In this document: piece by piece, positions 16,379-24,566 of the stretch
Layout of the letters: each line of letters opens with the position of its first letter
Numbering within the stretch: the first letter of the stretch is position 1
NCBI GenBank assembly: GCA_964472805.1
Contig: CAYYMA010000001.1
Span: 1,295 to 31,721 of the forward strand
DNA: 30,427 bases
Reading direction: 5' to 3'
From: an uncultured Methanomassiliicoccales archaeon
Lineage (GTDB): Archaea; Thermoplasmatota; Thermoplasmata; Methanomassiliicoccales; Methanomethylophilaceae
Translations under genes and position numbers: made by a program
The notes under the pieces: model-generated
Seen by the model: only the letters and a program-made list of their open reading frames with translations
What the model was told of the DNA's origin: nothing
Databases searched by the model: none

Positions 16379-17572
16379 TCAAATAAGTTCTTCGAATCCT
16401 TTTACAATCTCAGGATACTTTTCTTTGATGACCTTCAAGATACCTGAAACATCAAGTTGCGTGATGGGCGTATCACTTATCATTTTGAATATATCGTCCA
16501 TCGTCTTGTCGTCTGTTTCATTCATCCTTTCTTTGGCCATCCAGTTACGGATGATGCTGTTCTCCATATTGTCGCGCCACATCTTCTCATACGGCTTAAG
16601 GGCAATTTTGGAGAAATCGTTCTTCTTGGCACATTCAGCAAGAACCTTTCCTGCGTACATGCCTGTTCTGCAGGCATGACAAATCCCTCCGCCTGTAATC
16701 GGATCGATGATCCTTGCAGCATCGCCTATGACGATTAGATTATCATCAATGGCCGAATCGAGTCCAGGGCAAGTGGATACCATGCCTCCTACGATTTCGA
16801 GTATCTGACCATTTTTCATCCTCTCATCCTGAGCGATCCAATTATCAAGATAAAATTTAGGGGCAGCAGAAACTTTACAGCGGTTAGCCATAACACCGAT
16901 ACCGACGTTTGCAGTGCGATTACCCTTAGGGAATATCCAAAGGTATCCACCTGGTGCTATTTCGTTACCGAGATTGAATTCACACCATCCTTGATCGATA
17001 TCAATATTGGACATCCTGTATTGGATACAAGTATCAATATCACCCATTTTTGCGACAGTTTTCATGCCGGCCCATCTTGCGACCTGGGATTCGTATCCGT
17101 CAGCAGCAATCACACATTTTGCATAGATCTCAATTGGTTCGCCTAAGCTCTTAGCTTTGATACCAACGAGTTTTCCATCTTTACGTATGATGTCCGTGCA
17201 TCCAGTGCGCATCATTATTTTTGCGCCTGCTTCAGCTGCATCTCTTGCAAGGGCCTTGTCAAAGAGGTGTCTTTCTAGTACATATCCTACCTCTGCACCA
17301 GCTTTACTGGCATCGAGCTTGAACTCATAGCCACCAGGAGATCTGATGACGGCACCAATCATGTCAGCGGAAATCCATGCAGGATCTTTGACTATGCCCA
17401 CTTCATCTAACCAGCTCTTTGAAATGCCTTCAGCACATCTTAATGGTGCACCGATCTCAGCTTTTTTCTCGATCATTATAGTATCGAGTCCGGCCTGAGC
17501 ACAAAATTTGGCGGCCATGCTACCTCCAGGTCCGGCCCCTACTATGACGATGTCACAATTGTAAGTCTTCAT
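16379..17572 (-). CDS. Digeranylgeranylglycerophospholipid reductase (geranylgeranyl reductase family)
   Basis: GAGPGG FAD motif, PLRCAEG (PxxC), LERHLFDKALA, YLWIFPKG, GDAA..IDPITGGGI. Confidence 0.93.
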   Translation of the reverse strand: MKTYNCDIVIVGAGPGGSMAAKFCAQAGLDTIMIEKKAEIGAPLRCAEGISKSWLDEVGIVKDPAWISADMIGAVIRSPGGYEFKLDASKAGAEVGYVLERHLFDKALARDAAEAGAKIMMRTGCTDIIRKDGKLVGIKAKSLGEPIEIYAKCVIAADGYESQVARWAGMKTVAKMGDIDTCIQYRMSNIDIDQGWCEFNLGNEIAPGGYLWIFPKGNRTANVGIGVMANRCKVSAAPKFYLDNWIAQDERMKNGQILEIVGGMVSTCPGLDSAIDDNLIVIGDAARIIDPITGGGICHACRTGMYAGKVLAECAKKNDFSKIALKPYEKMWRDNMENSIIRNWMAKERMNETDDKTMDDIFKMISDTPITQLDVSGILKVIKEKYPEIVKGFEELI

Positions 17573-17576
17573 AATA

Positions 17577-17747
17577 TCACTCCATCCTTAATGCTGCAAC
17601 GGGGCATATCTTAATGCATCTCATACACGAGTTACAGTTATCGTTAAACTCAATGATGAAATCGTTCATGTATATCGCGTTCTGCGGGCAGGAGCCAACA
17701 CACCCACCACAATGCAGACATTTATCAAAATCTACTATCACTGTCAT
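17577..17747 (-). CDS. 2x[4Fe-4S] ferredoxin, 56 aa (absent from the supplied ORF track)
   Basis: Manual translation: MTVIVDFDKCLHCGGCVGSCPQNAIYMNDFIIEFNDNCNSCMRCIKICPVAALRME*, with two CxxCxxCxxxCP motifs; 6 nt after the tes stop and 4 nt before the GGR start. Confidence 0.93.
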   Translation of the reverse strand: MTVIVDFDKCLHCGGCVGSCPQNAIYMNDFIIEFNDNCNSCMRCIKICPVAALRME

Positions 17748-17753
17748 TATTTC

Positions 17754-19376
17754 TCACGCTCTCTGGTCATCTGGTACGATCATCGCCTCTTCCAGTGCCT
17801 TTGCCTCTTCTTTATTCTTTACTTTCCACTCTGCAAGTGGTATCGAGAACTCTGCCTCTACTTTTTCACGGTATTCCGGACCGCCGTTGTAAGCACAGAA
17901 GGGAATAACCTTCAGGCCCGGAGTAATGTAATGGATAGCACAACGTTCGGTCCTGGCAACATCATAGTTAAAAGAATCCTGGAAGTGCATTCCACCAATA
18001 TACATCATTCTCCATGAAAAGTCAGCGAGAGTCTGTTTGGATTTGTTCCGCATAATGCCGGATAGAACACCGACGAACTTCTTTTTTGTCAATCCAGGGG
18101 GCATATTATCTTCATTGACACATTTGTTCAGAAGCTTAACAACCTTAAGTGCTTTAGTCTTCTTAAATCTGGATTCTGACATCTTTATAGATATCTTTTC
18201 GAGTCCGTCTGAGAACGCCAAAACATCTATAAATTTCGGTAGTGGTGTTATCGCTCCGTCTTCACCTTGGAACAGATATGTTGCAAGCCCACAATGTGGG
18301 TGTGCCGTAAAAGTTACTTTTCTCTCACCAAGAAGTTCTGATGCGAAATTGGATATCGGAGATACTACAGGAACAGGGAACCAATCTTCAGGATCGGTAT
18401 ATCCGGTCTGTTCCATGAAATTTTTAACTAGATCAGGAAGAGTTATCCTTCCTTCAGATACCTCTTCTCTAGTTATTCGTCCCGTAAAAGCTACAGGTTG
18501 GAAATTTACTCCAAGAACAACGTCCGCGTTTTTGAAAGCAAACTCTGTAATGGCCCCTACCTGATGATCGTTCACTCCACGTACCAACGTGGGAACGAGA
18601 ACTATTGAAGGAGAACTACCGGTTTCTTCTCTTAATTTCCTACAATTAGCAATGACCTTCAACTTAACGTCGAACATCTTCCTGTCTCTAGCCTGTAGAT
18701 AAACGTCATCTGTAACGCCGTCGAAGGACAGGTATATCGTATGCATACCTGCCTCTTTACACGCCTTAAGTTTATCGTAATCTTTAGCAAATACGAGGCC
18801 GTTCGTCGCAACCATTATCTGGGCGAACTTTAGCTCCTTGGCCTTTTTAATGACGTCGACGAGCCTGGGGTAAACAGTCGGTTCCCCTCCTGAGAATTGT
18901 ACCGCGGTACATTTAATAGGTTCTTCGGCACGGAGTGCCTCCAACATAAGCACCACTTCATCGTAAGATGGTTCGTAAACGTAACCTGCCTGATTTGCGT
19001 TAGCAAAACATATCGGACAGTTCATGTTACACCTATTGGTTAGATCGATCAAAGCCAAAGCAGTACTAGATTTAACATCGAATCTTTTTCCATCGACGTA
19101 GAAATTAACATTCTCGCCTTCAGCCAAAGATTTATCATGTGGATTTCTAAGCCCTATTCCGTCGTAGGCAAAGTGTTCGGCGTTGAAATATGCCTCAACG
19201 TCGGACCAATATACGTCCGAGAAAATCCCGTGTTCCGGGCACTCCTTGTCCATGAACACTTTTCCTTCTTTATCGTAGATTGTTGCTTCGATCAATTTTC
19301 CACATTCTGGACAGATAGACTCTGTTTTATTAGGAAGTCCCTTCTTGAGTGCACTAGGTTGTGTTGTTAAAGACAT
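17754..19376 (-). CDS. tes: Tetraether lipid synthase Tes / GDGT-MAS (MJ0619-like radical SAM)
   Basis: N-terminal rubredoxin-like CPEC...CPEHG, radical SAM CNMNCPIC, QFSGGEPT, VNFQPVAFTGR, HPHCG, C-terminal RCAIHY...PFCAYN auxiliary cluster motif; 540 aa. Confidence 0.88.
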   Translation of the reverse strand: MSLTTQPSALKKGLPNKTESICPECGKLIEATIYDKEGKVFMDKECPEHGIFSDVYWSDVEAYFNAEHFAYDGIGLRNPHDKSLAEGENVNFYVDGKRFDVKSSTALALIDLTNRCNMNCPICFANANQAGYVYEPSYDEVVLMLEALRAEEPIKCTAVQFSGGEPTVYPRLVDVIKKAKELKFAQIMVATNGLVFAKDYDKLKACKEAGMHTIYLSFDGVTDDVYLQARDRKMFDVKLKVIANCRKLREETGSSPSIVLVPTLVRGVNDHQVGAITEFAFKNADVVLGVNFQPVAFTGRITREEVSEGRITLPDLVKNFMEQTGYTDPEDWFPVPVVSPISNFASELLGERKVTFTAHPHCGLATYLFQGEDGAITPLPKFIDVLAFSDGLEKISIKMSESRFKKTKALKVVKLLNKCVNEDNMPPGLTKKKFVGVLSGIMRNKSKQTLADFSWRMMYIGGMHFQDSFNYDVARTERCAIHYITPGLKVIPFCAYNGGPEYREKVEAEFSIPLAEWKVKNKEEAKALEEAMIVPDDQRA

Positions 19377-19501
19377 AATTGGCCCCTTTGAATTAATAAA
19401 CGAGTATTATTCTTTATATTAATAAGGCTCGCCAATATAATACTATTTTTTTATGTATACTAACTGTTGTTAGGGCCTTTATGTCATGATAACGTCGATT
19501 G

Positions 19502-22500
19502 ATGGCTATGATAGTCGCAGGTGACAAAAAAGGCAATATGCCCTTCGCTATAATCGCAGTTACAATACTCATCCTCTCGCTCGGGTATGGAATAGTTAAT
19601 TCTCAGATTGAAGACGCGGAGGATAATGTCGATGACGTGAATAAAGAGATCAAAGCTATTGGGGATGCTGCACAGAGATCAGAATTATTTGTAAACCGAG
19701 GATTAGGCGAGATACTATCATCAATGGGAAAACAAACTGATACGGTTTCATCAAAAGTAAATGATTTCAATGCCTCTTCCGAGAGATGGATGAACAAACA
19801 GTTTCCGTCCATAGATGGATGTGTAAAAATAACAATTCTCAATTTTGATATTAGACTGTCTGCAGAGAACATGAGGATTGAAGGGACAAGTTACGTACCC
19901 ACTTATTTGAAAGCTACAGGCACATTCACTGCGATATACGAATGTGATTCTGGATCTGCTGAAAAAACCATAAATATCTCTTCTGACGGAAGCTGTGCTC
20001 TTCCACTAGTAGCCGAGATGGGGTCACTTTTCGAGATCAGTTTAAGCGGAAACGGTTCTGCACTTTCACAGATGATGATGTATCAATTGACTGCACTGGC
20101 ACAAGAGAGGGTCATCAACGGTTACGGTTCTATAGCCGTAACTGGCAACATGGGAACCAAACAGATAATAACCGCCGAAGATGTGCAATTATCGTACAGG
20201 AGCTGCGTTTCTGCCATAGAGCTAATAAGCTTTAGAAACTCATCTGAAGACACTGTTTCAGGCTCAGGAAAGATGGACCTAGCAGATATCTTTGCCTCCG
20301 ATGCTGGATGTATTAAGATTGACCTCGGTGCAGTGTACGCACAGGCGTTAATCTCTGTGTTGGATGATGTAGTTCTTCAGTGGGCAGATTATTTTTGCGG
20401 TAACCTTATGATAGACTTTCTGGACGGAACTTCGGACAGAATGAAGAACGCCTGGGATTCCATCGTCAACTTCTTTACTGGTAAAGACACGATGTCCGCC
20501 TCCCCATACATCAGGGAAATAATGGAAAAGAACGGATATTCTGAAAAAGAATACAGATATCTTTGGAATGGAAAATCAGCAAATTACAACGTTCCAGTAT
20601 TTTCTGTAACTAAAGTGATCAATGACGAAACTAAGACCATAAGCGTAGGGGGATTCGATACAAGTGTCAGATATCCAGATGTTGATACTCTGTCCTGGAA
20701 TGGAATAAATAATTTCAAAAGCGAATATAGGTTACAGAACAATGAAATCAGAGAATGGATCCGTAGCATTCTTAACACTACTGCGATAAACATCGGAGCA
20801 AACCGATCCATTGGACAAATATCTGTACCTATAGGAATCTACGACGACAGACCTTTTACTGAAGATCTAAAACGAGCTATAAATGGATCCTTATCTAAAC
20901 TGGACAATGACGTTGAACGCACTGTAAACAAATCAATAAAAAACCAGGAAATCTACGATCCTTTCTATTCAGCAATATGTACTAAACTAAGTGAAAATTT
21001 TGATTCTGTATTCGGCATCAACGAATTAAAAAACAGAATGTTGGAAAAAGTAAATTTTAAAACAATAGAGCAAACCCTTGTGAATTCTGGGTTGGACGAT
21101 GAAGAAAAAATGTATTTAATGGACTCCCTTAGATCTGCTGTTTGCAACGAAGACGTAATCGAATCCTACAAGAACGCAGCGTATGATATGCTTGATAGAT
21201 TTGACGCTCTGCAAAAAGTTCCAGGCGGACAGAGCGGCCTAATAAAGAATTTTCTTATATTGATAGGCGAAAAAGCAATGCCTATGTTGTCTGTAATCAA
21301 TGACATACCAGAAAGGATGACCAATCTCTGCGACGAAATGTGCCATAACATGAATGTTAACCCCTATTATGGAATCATTGATGTTCCAAAGGAGAATTTC
21401 TTTAGCCTGACAAACGCAAACAATACCTTCAAAGAGACCATATCGGTGACCGATAACCTTTCTCCAAAAATAAAAGTACAAGGGCCAAATCAAAATCAAA
21501 ACGACTGTGTACATTATGTTGGATTCAACGAGAACAAGGGTGCCTCATACTGTACGGTTTTCAGAATAACCGTTGACGATACGATAGAATACACGGCAGA
21601 GGGAAATGGCACGATATCATCGATGCTTGGATTGAATGATTCTTCTATGTCCAGTACCGTTCCCATATCCATTGATATTAAAATTGCTGTGGTAAGCGGT
21701 TGGGGACTATCTGGAGTGTCATACAAAGCTAGTAACACCATCTTTAGCGATGGTTGGGAGCTTCTTATGAAGGTTTTAGAGCCCCTATTAGAACCTTTAA
21801 GAAAGATATTCAAAATCGTTAACGAAGTCATGATTCTAATAGGTTCATCCCTACTAGAATTATCAAAATATGTTTCCAAGGTCGTAGAAAAACTATATTA
21901 CGCCATAATAGAACCTATGATCGAACTTAAGACATTCATTGAAGAACAACTAGATAACATAATGAACCAGACTGTGGGCGAGTTCGCAGGAGTGGTAGAA
22001 TATATATTCAAAGCTACAATGAAAAAACAGACCGTAGGACTATCGTTCATGGGCCTGACTCTTACGTTCACTACAGATTTGGTCTCTTTCGTAAAGAACG
22101 TAAAAACCATATTAACAGTAAAATTATCAGGCGAACTAAGTGGATTATGGATAGAATGTGGATTGACGATTAAGCAGAAAGATCTAAAGGATGGAAAAGA
22201 TTTCTTCATAACCGGTAATGCCTGTATAAAAGGAGAAGACTGGGACGTGGAGATACATATCGATCCTTTGATGAAATCTATGAACCATCTAGCCACTATA
22301 AACGGTGAGGCTCGTGGGACGTCCTTCGACATCGTATTTCCATACGTGGTACAATACCAAGAAGCCAGTTTAAAACTATCTGACATCGAAGGTATAGGCG
22401 ATGTCCTATCAAACATACCTCTTCCTTTACTGGGTCTCAAAGGTAGCTTTGACGCTGGGCTCGACCTCAAATATAATATACCTTTTGCAACGGGAGTGGT

Positions 22501-23545
22501 AATTAACGAGTTTGAATCGAACCCTCCAGGTGACGACCTTGGGAACGAGTGGGTAGAACTTTATAATTCCTCAAACCGAACTGCGGATATTTCAGGATAT
22601 TCTATAATAGCTGGATCGAATGAAAAAACTAAACGTATGATTTTAAGAGATGTCATTCTCTCGCCCCATGAGAGATTAGTTATCATTCTCGACAGACACG
22701 TAAAACTTCTGAACGATAAGAATGATACTTTGAATGGAGAATGTGTGATTCTCAAGAACCGGGAAAATATCGAAATAGATCGTTCCATCGTTGGAAAAGA
22801 CAAAGAGAATAGCAGTTACACTTGGCAAAGAGTAGCCGATGGTGCACTCGACTGGACCTTCGCCAAAGGTACTCCTGGCACAGGTAATTGTGGCGGACTT
22901 GTGAACGGTGACCTGATAAAAGGCCAAATGAAGAATATTTTCAAGGAATCTGCAACAAGAACTTTAAGCGATATGGGTGGCGTGTTGAATGGTACAGAAG
23001 ACCTTAACGAACTGATACAACGGGCGATACAGGATGCGATAAACACTATGATCGATATGATAGCAGGATGTCTTGTCGAGGCTTCGATTTTCGTATCTTT
23101 TGAGGTTATGGATGCCTCAGGAACATCAGCGACCGGCATAAAGATAGCTTTATCCATTGACTCCAAAACTGTAGGAGATACGCTAAAATTCCTTGTAGGG
23201 GAGATAGAAACACTACTTTTCAACATGGAGAATCCATATGATATAGATGGGGGTACAATGTTCTACGATAATATCGATTTAGCCGTCACTTTGTACACTG
23301 GTATTAGAGTTCCTGGGTTCCTAGGAGAGGGGGGAAATCTTCCTAATATTAATGTTGGAATATACATAGCCAGTAATCTTTCTGGACTGTGTGCTGCCTT
23401 CGGCAGGGATGTGGGGAAATGGTCGGTTACCGCGGGAATAATCCTAGAAGATTTCCCTTCGATTCTGATTCCTTCCAATATGGGCGTCGATAAAGATCTT
23501 AAGTCCGACCTCTGGTTAGTCAGGGCAGTCATAGGAGTTGTGTAA
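19502..23545 (+). CDS. Giant (~1345 aa) secreted/surface protein with a pilin-like N-terminal anchor and a lamin-tail domain
   Basis: KKG-NMPFAIIAVTILILSLGYG (basic patch plus hydrophobic helix); LTD motif VVINEFESNP...EWVELYN....DISGY...W.R..DG...TPG near 22490-22880. Start is ATG 19502 or 19508 (the track uses TTG 19499). Confidence 0.85.
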   Translation: MAMIVAGDKKGNMPFAIIAVTILILSLGYGIVNSQIEDAEDNVDDVNKEIKAIGDAAQRSELFVNRGLGEILSSMGKQTDTVSSKVNDFNASSERWMNKQFPSIDGCVKITILNFDIRLSAENMRIEGTSYVPTYLKATGTFTAIYECDSGSAEKTINISSDGSCALPLVAEMGSLFEISLSGNGSALSQMMMYQLTALAQERVINGYGSIAVTGNMGTKQIITAEDVQLSYRSCVSAIELISFRNSSEDTVSGSGKMDLADIFASDAGCIKIDLGAVYAQALISVLDDVVLQWADYFCGNLMIDFLDGTSDRMKNAWDSIVNFFTGKDTMSASPYIREIMEKNGYSEKEYRYLWNGKSANYNVPVFSVTKVINDETKTISVGGFDTSVRYPDVDTLSWNGINNFKSEYRLQNNEIREWIRSILNTTAINIGANRSIGQISVPIGIYDDRPFTEDLKRAINGSLSKLDNDVERTVNKSIKNQEIYDPFYSAICTKLSENFDSVFGINELKNRMLEKVNFKTIEQTLVNSGLDDEEKMYLMDSLRSAVCNEDVIESYKNAAYDMLDRFDALQKVPGGQSGLIKNFLILIGEKAMPMLSVINDIPERMTNLCDEMCHNMNVNPYYGIIDVPKENFFSLTNANNTFKETISVTDNLSPKIKVQGPNQNQNDCVHYVGFNENKGASYCTVFRITVDDTIEYTAEGNGTISSMLGLNDSSMSSTVPISIDIKIAVVSGWGLSGVSYKASNTIFSDGWELLMKVLEPLLEPLRKIFKIVNEVMILIGSSLLELSKYVSKVVEKLYYAIIEPMIELKTFIEEQLDNIMNQTVGEFAGVVEYIFKATMKKQTVGLSFMGLTLTFTTDLVSFVKNVKTILTVKLSGELSGLWIECGLTIKQKDLKDGKDFFITGNACIKGEDWDVEIHIDPLMKSMNHLATINGEARGTSFDIVFPYVVQYQEASLKLSDIEGIGDVLSNIPLPLLGLKGSFDAGLDLKYNIPFATGVVINEFESNPPGDDLGNEWVELYNSSNRTADISGYSIIAGSNEKTKRMILRDVILSPHERLVIILDRHVKLLNDKNDTLNGECVILKNRENIEIDRSIVGKDKENSSYTWQRVADGALDWTFAKGTPGTGNCGGLVNGDLIKGQMKNIFKESATRTLSDMGGVLNGTEDLNELIQRAIQDAINTMIDMIAGCLVEASIFVSFEVMDASGTSATGIKIALSIDSKTVGDTLKFLVGEIETLLFNMENPYDIDGGTMFYDNIDLAVTLYTGIRVPGFLGEGGNLPNINVGIYIASNLSGLCAAFGRDVGKWSVTAGIILEDFPSILIPSNMGVDKDLKSDLWLVRAVIGVV

Positions 23546-23585
23546 AAACGGGCATTTATTATACGCGATTAACCTCACTGAGTAT

Positions 23586-24566
23586 GTGGCATCTATCGAA
23601 CGACAAATACCAACCGTGCTCACTTCCGAAGAGCTGATGGATAAGGCGTTTAGCAGAGCCGCTAAAATATCAAAACGCGGAACCAACGCACTGGACGGAA
23701 AGAAGAAAACCGCCCTTGCGAAGGTCACTGCGTCCGGTGATATTGTAATATCAACATTGGTCGGCTATATTCACCGATTCCCCAGAATGGATAAAGAAGA
23801 CGATTTCTTTCCTCAACTGGTGGATCTGGTAATAGGTATAGACGATTACAAACAATCGCTAGGAGCTCTCAATTGGGCAGCTTCAAGAGTTGATAAATTA
23901 AAGAACGAGACGTTACGCGAGATCCGTCGTAGTAAAGACATATCGTATATCGACTCTGCAAGAGGAAGCTTCTATGGAAGACTTTCTTCGTACGTAAGAC
24001 AGATATCTAAGGATCTGCTGTTCTTACAGGAGGCCAAGAACAAGTTCAGGCACTTCCCCGCAGTTCATCCGAACGTTCCAACGGTAGTGATTGCAGGTTT
24101 CCCCAACGTAGGAAAAAGCAGCCTTGTAAAAGAACTAAGTACTGCTGCTCCTGAAATAGCACCTTACCCGTTCACAACGAAAGGCATCATTATCGGACAC
24201 ATCGAAGATGACTGGAGGAAATATCAGATAATTGATACTCCGGGTCTATTGGACAGAAGTTTCGAGGACCGCAACAATATTGAAAAACAGGCCGTCCTTG
24301 CTCTTAGATATCTCACGAATGTAATGATCTTCATATTAGATCCATCTGAATCCTGCGGATATTCGATGGATAAACAGAATGACCTTCTAAAATCTATATT
24401 GGAAGGTTTCAGCGGAGTGGATATCGTCGTAGTTGAAAGCAAATCCGATATTCTAAAGACTGGAAGTGAAAACCTCTACTTCTCGGCTCAGACCGGAGAG
24501 AATATGGATAAGATCCAGTCCCTCATTATTGAAAAGATGAGAGCTCTGGTGGTGGAAGGGCAGTGA
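23586..24566 (+). CDS. NOG1 family GTP-binding protein
   Basis: IPTVLTSEELMDKAF, GRLSS, G1 GFPNVGKSS, APYPFTTKG, G3 DTPGLLDR, SKSD (G4). Probable start is GTG 23586 (TATA-like TTTATTATA at 23555-23563); the track start at 23538 overlaps the upstream gene. Confidence 0.92.
   Translation: MASIERQIPTVLTSEELMDKAFSRAAKISKRGTNALDGKKKTALAKVTASGDIVISTLVGYIHRFPRMDKEDDFFPQLVDLVIGIDDYKQSLGALNWAASRVDKLKNETLREIRRSKDISYIDSARGSFYGRLSSYVRQISKDLLFLQEAKNKFRHFPAVHPNVPTVVIAGFPNVGKSSLVKELSTAAPEIAPYPFTTKGIIIGHIEDDWRKYQIIDTPGLLDRSFEDRNNIEKQAVLALRYLTNVMIFILDPSESCGYSMDKQNDLLKSILEGFSGVDIVVVESKSDILKTGSENLYFSAQTGENMDKIQSLIIEKMRALVVEGQ

Noticed and set aside
17754-19376. Radical SAM as a GDGT ring synthase (Grs), a B12-dependent methylase or MoaA/NirJ
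   Set aside because: It lacks an N-terminal cobalamin-binding domain. The CPEC/CPEHG rubredoxin-like N-terminus and the HPHCG and RC..HY..PFC motifs fit Tes/GDGT-MAS.
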